A DNA stretch of 35,341 nucleotides from positions 1 to 35,341 of the forward strand of contig JAJXYM010000350.1 of NCBI GenBank assembly GCA_021780585.1, in the 5' to 3' direction. The stretch's first letter is position 1; each line of letters opens with the position of its first letter. The position numbers and the translations under genes are program-made. The notes beneath the pieces are model-generated. The model had not been told where the DNA came from, did no database searches, and was given only the letters and a program-made list of their open reading frames with translations. Source of the DNA: Deltaproteobacteria bacterium. Lineage in GTDB: Bacteria > Desulfobacterota > Binatia > Binatales > Binataceae. Shown here in pieces: positions 7,576 through 14,737 of this stretch.

Positions 7576-8880
7576 ATGAAATTCACGTGGTTCCACCTGA
7601 TGCCGTATCGCTATTTGCCCGACGGCTTCAAAGACAAATATCGCAGCGTTTGGGTGGATATTCCACGCGACCTGTACGACCCCAGGATCGGCCACCGGCT
7701 GTATAACGACTATCTCGATCAGCTCGAACTGGCCGACCGTCTGGGCTTCGACGGTCTCGGCGTCAACGAGCATCACCAGAACGGCTATGGGCTGATGCCG
7801 TCGCCGAATATCATGGCGGCCGCGATCTCGCGCCGCACGCGCAACGCCGCGCTGGTGGTGCTGGGCAATTCGATCGCGCTCTACAATCCGCCGATCCGGG
7901 TGGCCGAGGAGTTCGCGATGCTCGACGTGATCAGCGGCGGGCGGCTGGTCGCGGGCTTTCCGGTCGGCACCTCGATGGACGTGAATTTCTGCTATGGCGA
8001 AGTGCCGGCGACGATTCGCGAAAAGTATTACGAGGCGCACGACCTGATCCTGCGCTCATGGAAAGAGCCGGACGTCTTCGCCTTCAACGGCAAATACACC
8101 AAGCTGCGCTACGTCAACCTGTGGCCGAAGCCGCTCCAGCAGCCCCATCCGCCGATCTGGATTCCGGGCGGCGGCTCGGTCGAGACCTGGGATTTCTGCG
8201 CCGACCACGGCCATCAGTACAGCTTCCTGTCGTACTTCGGCTACAAGGCGGGCAAAAAGGTCGCCGACGGCTACTGGAACGTGATGGCGAAGAAGGGCAA
8301 GGAGCTGAATCCGTACAGCCTCGGCTTCGCCCAGGTGATCGCGGTGGCGAACACCGACAAAGAGGCCGAAGAGCTCTACGCGCCTCACATGGACTACTTC
8401 TACAACCGCTGCCTGCACGTTTATAACGGCTTTGCCGACGCGCCGGGCTATCGCACGCCGAGCACGATCCGGGCGGGCATCGTCGCGCAGGTCGGCAAGG
8501 AAGCGTCGCTGCGCCGCGAGGGCCTGACCTGGAAGGATTTCGTCAACGAGGGCTATATCATCGCCGGCTCGCCGAAGACCGTCCGCGAGCGGCTGACCGA
8601 GGCAATGAAGAGCCTCAACTGCGGCCATCTGATGATGCTGCAGCAGATCGGCTCGATGCCTCCCGAGTTGGTGCGGGCGGGCATGGAACTGTTCGCCCGC
8701 GAGGTCATGCCGCACATGCGCGGACTGTGGCCGAATTTCCAGGACAAATGGTCGCCGAACCCGCTGCCGGAGCCGGAGCGGGCGATGCCCGCGCCGATCG
8801 ATCTGCGGCGTATCGAGACCAATGGCAAGACCACTCACGCGGCAAGCCCGGCTGCGCATGAAAGCCGGAGCGCGAAGTAA
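7576..8880 (+). CDS. LLM-class (luciferase-like) flavin-dependent oxidoreductase
   Basis: 434 aa beginning MKFTWFHLMPY...LGFDGLGVNEHHQNGYGLMPSPNIMAAAI...GGRLVAGFPVGT, typical of the bacterial luciferase-like monooxygenase family. SD AAGGAG lies 7 nt upstream. Confidence 0.9.
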   Translation: MKFTWFHLMPYRYLPDGFKDKYRSVWVDIPRDLYDPRIGHRLYNDYLDQLELADRLGFDGLGVNEHHQNGYGLMPSPNIMAAAISRRTRNAALVVLGNSIALYNPPIRVAEEFAMLDVISGGRLVAGFPVGTSMDVNFCYGEVPATIREKYYEAHDLILRSWKEPDVFAFNGKYTKLRYVNLWPKPLQQPHPPIWIPGGGSVETWDFCADHGHQYSFLSYFGYKAGKKVADGYWNVMAKKGKELNPYSLGFAQVIAVANTDKEAEELYAPHMDYFYNRCLHVYNGFADAPGYRTPSTIRAGIVAQVGKEASLRREGLTWKDFVNEGYIIAGSPKTVRERLTEAMKSLNCGHLMMLQQIGSMPPELVRAGMELFAREVMPHMRGLWPNFQDKWSPNPLPEPERAMPAPIDLRRIETNGKTTHAASPAAHESRSAK

Positions 8881-8882
8881 GC

Positions 8883-9665
8883 ATGAAGACGACGCATCAG
8901 ATACGCGACGGTAAATTTTCGGTTGAAACCTGGGAGTTCGGCTCCGGCGAGCCGCTGCTCTATCTTCACGGCGCGGGCGGCCTGACCGGCTTCGATCCAT
9001 TCCTCGAGGAATTGGGCAAGGATTTCCGCGTCATCGCGCCGCATCTGCCGGGCTACGGCGAAAGCACGGGCGGCGAGCTGATCGAGGACGTGGTCGACGC
9101 GGCCCTGTTCTACCATCAGTTGATGGACGAGCTGGGGATTCCGAGCGCCCATATCGTCGGCCATTCGATGGGCGGGATGCTGGCGGCGGAGACGGCGGCG
9201 CTGGATATCCATCGCGCGAAAAAGCTCGTGCTGGTGGGTTCGGCCGGCTTCTGGATCGACGAGCATCCGATACCCGACTTCTTCGCGCTCGATTTGAGCG
9301 AGTTGGGCGGCTATCTGTTCCACGATCCGACGTCGCCGATCGCGCAGCTTTTCATGGCGATTCCGGACGATCAGGAACAGTTGGTCGAGATGTACGTCGA
9401 GCGCACCCGGCGGCTCGCGATGGCGTCGAAGTTCCTGTGGCCGATTCCGGATCGCGGCCTGAAGAAACGGGCGCATCGGATCGCCGCGCCGACGCTGCTG
9501 TTGTGGGGCGAATCGGATCGGCTGATTCCGCCGGTCTACGCGGGCGAGTTCGCCAAACGGATCAAAACCACCAGCACCGAGATGCTCAAGGCGGCGGGCC
9601 ATCTGCCGATGTACGAGCAGCCGGAGGCGTTCATCAAGGCGGTGCGGAATTACCTGAAGGGCTGA
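8883..9665 (+). CDS. Alpha/beta-fold hydrolase (meta-cleavage-product/C-C hydrolase-like)
   Basis: 260 aa with the oxyanion region LLYLHGAGG, nucleophile elbow GHSMGG, and C-terminal catalytic His in AGHLPMYEQPEAF. It starts 2 nt after the LLM stop, so it is probably co-transcribed. Confidence 0.9.
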   Translation: MKTTHQIRDGKFSVETWEFGSGEPLLYLHGAGGLTGFDPFLEELGKDFRVIAPHLPGYGESTGGELIEDVVDAALFYHQLMDELGIPSAHIVGHSMGGMLAAETAALDIHRAKKLVLVGSAGFWIDEHPIPDFFALDLSELGGYLFHDPTSPIAQLFMAIPDDQEQLVEMYVERTRRLAMASKFLWPIPDRGLKKRAHRIAAPTLLLWGESDRLIPPVYAGEFAKRIKTTSTEMLKAAGHLPMYEQPEAFIKAVRNYLKG

Positions 9666-9694
9666 TCGCGCCCTCGAACGATTGGTCTGTCACG

Positions 9695-9729
9695 GCGGCG
9701 GAGCCACCCCGGCTCCGCCGCTTTATTTT
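9695..9729 (+). terminator. Rho-independent terminator after the alpha/beta hydrolase gene
   Basis: A perfect 11-bp stem, GCGGCGGAGCC (9695-9705) with GGCTCCGCCGC (9711-9721), has a 5-nt loop and is followed by TTTATTTTG. Confidence 0.85.
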
Positions 9730-9758
9730 GGGAGTATGCCGCCGCGGTTGCCCGATTC

Positions 9759-10454
9759 TTAAGAGATCAAATCTTTATTAGGAAAAAAATCGCGATTCAA
9801 AGCCTGTTCGACAGGCCAAGGACTTTTATCAGGCAGTTCTGCGACAAACTGATGTACTATATCAAGGGCGTCGGCGTACGTCTCCTCTGCGAATTCCACG
9901 AGCCGCCCCTTCAATCCTGGGCTGTCAGCAAGGATGCGTCGAATCTCGTTTCGAGTTCGCACAAGGGTAGCTTTCCAACCTCGGCCACGTTTTGGGACTT
10001 CTTCTGGCTGATAGGCCAGCTTCAACAGATGCTCGAAGAGCGTCGTCAGTCGAGCAAGCAACTCGCGTCTATCCGCTGCTGCCATCGCCTCTAATTCTTC
10101 AGCTAGGTGGTCCCAATCAAGGGCAAAAGCGTTCCGGTTTCGCAATACAGTTGCTTGGTCTAAAAGCCAACCGTGAAAATCGTCGTCTATATTCACTGAA
10201 GGCCCAACTTTTACGGTCGCATTCTTTAGAAGTGCCGCGCCATATATCGGCGCGGGTAGGTTCCCAACCCAAGCTCCAGACCAAGGCAAACAGAATGCTC
10301 TCGAAGATGTGGTCATTTCGGCGGCAAGAACTCCAGCACCCAAAACTTGTGCAGTCGGGACCGCGGCAGGTTTCGAGACAAGTGCAAGCCCACGGGGTTC
10401 TTCGTTCCTCGCCTCTTGCAATTCGCTCGCGATTATTTTTGGGGCTGATGCCAT
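9759..10454 (-). CDS. DUF29-domain protein (C-terminal ~142 aa) with an uncharacterised in-frame N-terminal region; start uncertain
   Basis: The C-terminal part, DFHGWLLDQATVLRNRNAFALDWDHLAEELEAMAAADRRELLARLTTLFEHLLKLAYQPE...RGRGWKATLVRTRNEIRRILADSPGLKGRL...PWPVEQALNRDFFP, follows the DUF29 consensus (DFYxW..QA.LL....D...L.EE.E......EL..RL..L..HLLK..YQP...W..T....R.EI...L..SP.LK). Candidate starts are ATG 10508 (overlaps the upstream ORF by 47 nt), ATG 10454 (7 nt after the upstream stop) and GTG 10196 (giving a canonical ~145-aa DUF29). GC is much lower than in the flanks. Confidence 0.7.
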   Translation of the reverse strand: MASAPKIIASELQEARNEEPRGLALVSKPAAVPTAQVLGAGVLAAEMTTSSRAFCLPWSGAWVGNLPAPIYGAALLKNATVKVGPSVNIDDDFHGWLLDQATVLRNRNAFALDWDHLAEELEAMAAADRRELLARLTTLFEHLLKLAYQPEEVPKRGRGWKATLVRTRNEIRRILADSPGLKGRLVEFAEETYADALDIVHQFVAELPDKSPWPVEQALNRDFFPNKDLIS

Positions 10455-10461
10455 TTTGAAT

Positions 10462-10875
10462 TCAATTCGACTTGCGAGGGCCGCGAACAACTGTAACCGC
10501 AGTGCCATTTTTCACGTAATAGCCCGGATTACCCTCAGGATCCTGCTGCCCTTCTATTCGTAGCACGACAACCGTTGGGTTTGTTACACGGATGATGCTT
10601 CCGTCTTCAAGCTCGTACTCGTTAGGTTCTTCATGAATACGATTTACGATCTCTATCCGTGACACCTCAACGTTGACACCACCGACGGTCACGATTTGTT
10701 TTTTGTCCTCGGCCATTTTTGCGACCTTTCGAGCACTTAATGTCCCAAGTTTTGCTGGATTTACAAGAGTTTCGATGAATCTGTCGAATAGGCCCGCTCG
10801 CTTGTCGGTGCTTTTGAGGATAGCGCCACTTCGGTTCGCGAGTAAAATCAGCATACTCCTTTTCGCGCGTGGCAT
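10462..10875 (-). CDS. Hypothetical small protein (137 aa from ATG 10875, or 84 aa from ATG 10716), no family recognised
   Basis: It is the only long ORF in this low-GC stretch, on the same strand and tightly spaced with the DUF29 ORF. ATG 10875 overlaps the TAA stop of the DUF420 gene (TAATG). The internal ATG 10716 (MAEDKKQIVTVGGVNVEV...) is preceded by an AAAGG-like SD 8 nt upstream. Predicted beta-rich C-terminal part: YELEDGSIIRVTNPTVVVLRIEGQQDPEGNPGYYVKNGTAVTVV. Confidence 0.5.
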   Translation of the reverse strand: MPRAKRSMLILLANRSGAILKSTDKRAGLFDRFIETLVNPAKLGTLSARKVAKMAEDKKQIVTVGGVNVEVSRIEIVNRIHEEPNEYELEDGSIIRVTNPTVVVLRIEGQQDPEGNPGYYVKNGTAVTVVRGPRKSN

Positions 10876-11351
10876 TAGCGCGAGGAGGTGGCAGCCACGG
10901 AAGACGAGGGTGGGACTTTATAGCCGGGGGGATAGAGCTGGTAGCACATCAGATAGACGACCACGCCGGTAATCGAGACGTACATCCAGACCGGCCAGGT
11001 CCAGCGCGCGATCTTGCGATGGCGCGCGAAGTTGCCGCGCAACGCCCGGCCGAGCGTGATCAGCGCGAGCGGCACGATCGTCGCCGCCAGGATGATGTGC
11101 GAGATCAGGATGCTGAAATAGACCGGCCGGACCGCGCCATGCCCCTGAAAGCGCACGTCGCCCACCTGATAGTGATAGGTCGCGTAGGAGATGAAAAAGA
11201 TCGCTGAGACGATGAACGCGCCGATCATGCAGGCGCGATGCGCCCGCACCCATCGTATCCGGATGAAGACGAAGCCGGCGATCAGCAGGATGGCCGCGAT
11301 ACTGTTGAGAATCGAATTAAGCGGGGCAAGCGAATAGTATGAAAACGTCAT
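10875..11351 (-). CDS. DUF420 family integral membrane protein (YozB/CtaM-like)
   Basis: 158 aa with four hydrophobic helices and characteristic DUF420 motifs: LNSILNSIAAILLIAG, HRACMIGAFIVSAIFFISYATYHY, VYFSILISHIILAATIVPLAL and HRKIARWTWPVWMYVSITGVVVY. Confidence 0.9.
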   Translation of the reverse strand: MTFSYYSLAPLNSILNSIAAILLIAGFVFIRIRWVRAHRACMIGAFIVSAIFFISYATYHYQVGDVRFQGHGAVRPVYFSILISHIILAATIVPLALITLGRALRGNFARHRKIARWTWPVWMYVSITGVVVYLMCYQLYPPGYKVPPSSSVAATSSR

Positions 11352-11384
11352 CGTGAAAAGAGGCGCCTCCGGCGCTGCGCCATG

Positions 11385-11413
11385 ATTCTATGCGCGCGGC
11401 GCGGCGGGATGAA
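11385..11413 (-). promoter_or_regulatory. Possible sigma70-type promoter for the DUF420 gene
   Basis: On the minus strand: TTCATC (11413-11408), an 18-nt GC-rich spacer, then TAGAAT (11390-11385; 5/6 match to TATAAT), about 35 nt upstream of ATG 11351. Sequence pattern only. Confidence 0.3.
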
Positions 11414-11449
11414 AATGAATCGGCGGACCGCTGACGCGGCCCGCCGATT
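11408..11449 (-). terminator. Probable intrinsic terminator after the D-aminoacylase gene
   Basis: A long hairpin spans 11418-11449 (AATCGGCGGACCGC-TGAC-GCGGCCCGCCGATT; 13 bp with one mismatch). On the minus strand it is followed by CATTTTCATCC. It starts 31 nt downstream of the stop at 11480. Confidence 0.6.
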
Positions 11450-11479
11450 ACGCTTGCGGCTATCCTGGACCGGCCGCGA

Positions 11480-13177
11480 TTAGGCGGCCCGGCCGTGGCG
11501 CAGCAGCCGGCCCGGCAGCGGACCGTCGGCGGCAACCATGTCGCGACCCTCGCGCCGAATCGTTGTGCCGTTGACGACGACCGCGTCGATACCCGACGCT
11601 TCCGAGACCAGCCGGTCGGCGCCCTTGGGCAGATCGTGGACGCGACGCAGGCGGCTCGCCGAAATCCGATCGGGATCGAACACCACAACGTCGCCCGCCA
11701 GTCCGACTTCGAGCCGGCCGCGGTCGCTGATATGGAATACCTGCGCCGGCCGCGCCGTGAGCATCCAGACCGCCTTTTCGAGCGGGATGGCGTTGCGTTC
11801 GCGCACCCAATGGCCGAGCAGGTAGGTCGAGAAGCAGGCGTCGCATAGCTGGCTGGCATGGGCGCCGGCGTCGGACAGGCCGATCACGGTGCTGGGCGAT
11901 TTGAGCAGGTTCAGCACCTCGCCCTCGTCGTAATTGAAGATGGCGAAGCGGAAGCGCGCCTCGAGTTTGTTCGCGATCGAGAGGTCGAGCACGAAATCGA
12001 TCGGGTCGACGTTGCGTTCGCGGGCGACTTCGGCGATGTTGCGCTCCTCGAGCGTGGTATCGCTCGGGCACCAGGAGATCCACGCCCGCTCCCAGCGGTC
12101 CTGATACTTGCTGTCGCCGCCGGGGCCGGCCTTGGCCTTGAACTTCGCGCGGAATTCGGGGTCCTGGTAGACGCGGATTTTGGTTTCGACGTCGCGCGCG
12201 GCCGAAATCGGCGCGAACACCGAGGTCATCCCCTCGAAGATGAAGGGCTCCTTGAAGGTCAGCTCGAAGTTGAGCGGACGGCACGCGACCTGCGGCGTGA
12301 TCGGCAGCCCCTGACGGGCGAGTTCCTCGGATTGCGCGAGCATCCGGCGATGGCCGTCGTTGCCGCCGGTCATCCCGGCGAGCAGCGCGGTCCAGGTGAT
12401 CGGCACGCCGGTTTCCTTCGCGATCTCGGCCATCTCGGCGAGGAACAACTCGCGCCCGACGGCGGTCTGAACGACGCCGCCGCCAGCCTCGCGCAACGCG
12501 CCGATCAGCGTCTTGAGTTCGTCGAGCGTGGCCTTGCGGCTGGGAACGGGCTTGCCGCCGAAGCCGACGTGGGTGACGGCCTTCGAAGTCGCGAAGCCGA
12601 CGGCGCCAGCCTTGATCGCATGCTTGACGATCGCGCGCATCCTGGAGATTTCGTCTTCGGTGGCGGCGCGTTCGGTCGCCTCCTCGCCCATCACGTACAG
12701 CCGGAGCGCGGTGTGGCCGATCTGGGCGGCGCAATTGATCGCAGTGCCGCGCCGCTCGATCGTGTCGAGATACTGCTCGAAGGTCTCGAACGGCCAATCG
12801 TAGCCAAGGCCGCCTTCGAGCGCCTCGAGGCTCATCCCTTCGACCTTCTCGAGCGTCTGCATGATCAGGCCACGATGTTCCGGGCGGGTCGGCGCGACGG
12901 TGAAGCCGCAATTGCCCATCACGACCGTGGTCACGCCATGCCACGGCGAGATGGTCATCATGCGGTCCCAGAGCAGTTGGGCGTCATAATGGGTATGAAT
13001 ATCGACGAAGCCGGGAGTGACGACGCGGCCTTTCGCGTCGATGGTTTCGGCGGCGCGGCCCTTGACGTCGCCGAGCGCGGCGATTTTGCCGTCCTTGATC
13101 GCGACGTCGCCGGCATAGCCGGGACGTCCCGTGCCGTCGATAATCGTGCCGCCCGTGATTTTCAGATCGAAGTCCAT
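11480..13177 (-). CDS. N-acyl-D-amino-acid deacylase (D-aminoacylase) family amidohydrolase
   Basis: 565 aa. The N-terminus, MDFDLKITGGTIIDGTGRPGYAGDVAIKDGKIAALGD...VVTPGFVDIHTHYD, carries the metal-binding HxH motif. Overall length and the C-terminal beta-barrel segment (GRLEVGLAGDVVVFDP...VVVNG) are typical of D-aminoacylases. SD GGAGAA lies 7 nt upstream. Confidence 0.9.
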   Translation of the reverse strand: MDFDLKITGGTIIDGTGRPGYAGDVAIKDGKIAALGDVKGRAAETIDAKGRVVTPGFVDIHTHYDAQLLWDRMMTISPWHGVTTVVMGNCGFTVAPTRPEHRGLIMQTLEKVEGMSLEALEGGLGYDWPFETFEQYLDTIERRGTAINCAAQIGHTALRLYVMGEEATERAATEDEISRMRAIVKHAIKAGAVGFATSKAVTHVGFGGKPVPSRKATLDELKTLIGALREAGGGVVQTAVGRELFLAEMAEIAKETGVPITWTALLAGMTGGNDGHRRMLAQSEELARQGLPITPQVACRPLNFELTFKEPFIFEGMTSVFAPISAARDVETKIRVYQDPEFRAKFKAKAGPGGDSKYQDRWERAWISWCPSDTTLEERNIAEVARERNVDPIDFVLDLSIANKLEARFRFAIFNYDEGEVLNLLKSPSTVIGLSDAGAHASQLCDACFSTYLLGHWVRERNAIPLEKAVWMLTARPAQVFHISDRGRLEVGLAGDVVVFDPDRISASRLRRVHDLPKGADRLVSEASGIDAVVVNGTTIRREGRDMVAADGPLPGRLLRHGRAA

Positions 13178-13341
13178 CGTATGGTTCTCCGTCGCCGGCG
13201 ATGCCGGGATACAAGGGTTTCGCCTCCGCGCGCCGCTCCTGAAGGGGGCGTCAGCGGGAGCCGCGGTGAATTTGTCAATAAGTATTGCTTATCGCATCGG
13301 CGGGCCGCGGGTAAAGTCCGCGCGCGGGTCGCGGCGCATGG

Positions 13342-13364
13342 ATGCCCGGATCAAGTCCGGGCAT
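13342..13364. repeat. Perfect 9-bp inverted repeat (hairpin or operator) in a divergent intergenic region
   Basis: ATGCCCGGA-TCAAG-TCCGGGCAT. There is no adjacent T- or A-tract, so it is not a canonical terminator. It lies between the divergently transcribed D-aminoacylase and amidohydrolase_2 genes. Confidence 0.5.
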
Positions 13365-13539
13365 GACGCCATTCGCGGTAACGTTTGCGCGGGCGTCACG
13401 CCGCGAGGCGGCGGGCCGATCGAAGGCAAGATTTTGTTTGAAAAGCGCGGCGCAGTCTGGTTAGTTCATGAATGAAGCGCAAACTCTGGGGGCCGCAAGC
13501 AGGCATCACGCGGCGGACCCCGCATACGGAGGATTTTTC

Positions 13540-14640
13540 ATGGAGAAACCGATCATCTCCGCCGACTCGCATATCACCGAGCCGCCGGGCTGCTACATCG
13601 ACCATATCGATCCGAAGTTTCGCGATCGGGCGCCGCACATGGTGCATGACGACAAGCTCGGCGACATCTTCGTGATCGAGGGCTTGAGCAAGCCGATTCC
13701 GATGGGCCTGGTGGCGGCGGCGGGTCAGGAGGCGTCGGAGCTCAAGATGTTCGGCGCGAAGTTCGAGGACCTGCATCGCGGCGGCTGGGATCCGGAGGCG
13801 CGGATGGCGGATCAGGAGCGCGACGGCGTCGCCTGCGAGATCATCTATCCCACCGTCGGCATGATGCTCTGCAACCATCCGGACTACGACTACAAGAAGG
13901 CCTGTTTCGACGCCTACAACCGCTGGGTCGCGGAATACTGCGCGGCCCATCCGGACCGCCTGATCGGATTGGGGCAGACGGCGATGCGCTCGGTCGAGGA
14001 GGGCATCGACGACCTGCGCCAGATGAAGGAAATGGGCCTGCGCGGCGTGATGATGCCGGGGAATCCGCAGGTGGCGGACTACGACGATCCGGTTTACGCT
14101 CCGTTCTGGGAAGCGGCGATCGATATGAAGATGCCGCTGAGCTTCCATATCCTGACCAGCAAGCAGGACAACTGGAAAACCCGCGGACCGCGCATCAACA
14201 ATTTCCTTGGGATCATCCGCGGCAATCAGGACCTGATCGGCACGTTCATTTTCGGCGGGGTCTTCGAGCGCCATCCGGGGCTCAAGCTGGTCTGCGTCGA
14301 GGCCGACGCGGGCTGGGTGCCGCATTACATGTACCGGATGGACCACGCCTACAAGCGCCATCGGAGCTGGATGATGAAGGGGCGCGAGCTGGAAAAGATG
14401 CCCAGCGAGTATTTCCGCGAGCATATCTACACGACCTTTCAGGACGACTGGGTGGCGTTCCAGATGAAGGATCTGTGCAACGTCAAGCGGATGATGTGGG
14501 CGAACGATTTTCCACATAGCGATTCGACCTGGCCGTGGTCTCAGGAGGTGCTGGCGGAGCACACCAGGAATCTGACGCCGGCGGAAAAGGACGCGATTCT
14601 GCACGACAACGTCGCGGAGCTCTACCGTCTGAGCATCTGA
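13540..14640 (+). CDS. Amidohydrolase_2 (ACMSD/LigW-like metal-dependent hydrolase/decarboxylase) family protein
   Basis: MEKPIISADSHITEPP... carries the DxH metal motif, and the sequence continues ...CEIIYPTVG...GVMMPGNP...FHIL...WANDFPHSDSTWP. The start is moved to ATG 13540, which has a GGAGG SD 7 nt upstream. The track start at 13468 lacks an SD. Confidence 0.9.
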   Translation: MEKPIISADSHITEPPGCYIDHIDPKFRDRAPHMVHDDKLGDIFVIEGLSKPIPMGLVAAAGQEASELKMFGAKFEDLHRGGWDPEARMADQERDGVACEIIYPTVGMMLCNHPDYDYKKACFDAYNRWVAEYCAAHPDRLIGLGQTAMRSVEEGIDDLRQMKEMGLRGVMMPGNPQVADYDDPVYAPFWEAAIDMKMPLSFHILTSKQDNWKTRGPRINNFLGIIRGNQDLIGTFIFGGVFERHPGLKLVCVEADAGWVPHYMYRMDHAYKRHRSWMMKGRELEKMPSEYFREHIYTTFQDDWVAFQMKDLCNVKRMMWANDFPHSDSTWPWSQEVLAEHTRNLTPAEKDAILHDNVAELYRLSI

Positions 14641-14663
14641 GGCGTTACGGCGTAAGCGCGGGG

Positions 14664-14700
14664 AACGCCGCCGGCAAAGGCGCCGGCGGCGTTTTCTATT
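14664..14700 (+). terminator. Rho-independent terminator after the amidohydrolase_2 gene
   Basis: A 12-bp perfect stem, AACGCCGCCGGC (14664-14675) with GCCGGCGGCGTT (14682-14693), has a 6-nt loop and runs into TTTTCTATTTC. Confidence 0.85.
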
Positions 14701-14737
14701 TCTCCGGCGCGACGATCGCGGAAACGGAAGTGGCGCG

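Noticed and set aside
9731-10875. Low-GC islet considered as a bona fide mobile element or genomic island
   Set aside because: There is no integrase, transposase or recombinase, no flanking tRNA, and no direct target duplication. Only a 9-bp inverted repeat is present. I therefore report it as a compositional islet or finding, not as an annotated mobile element.
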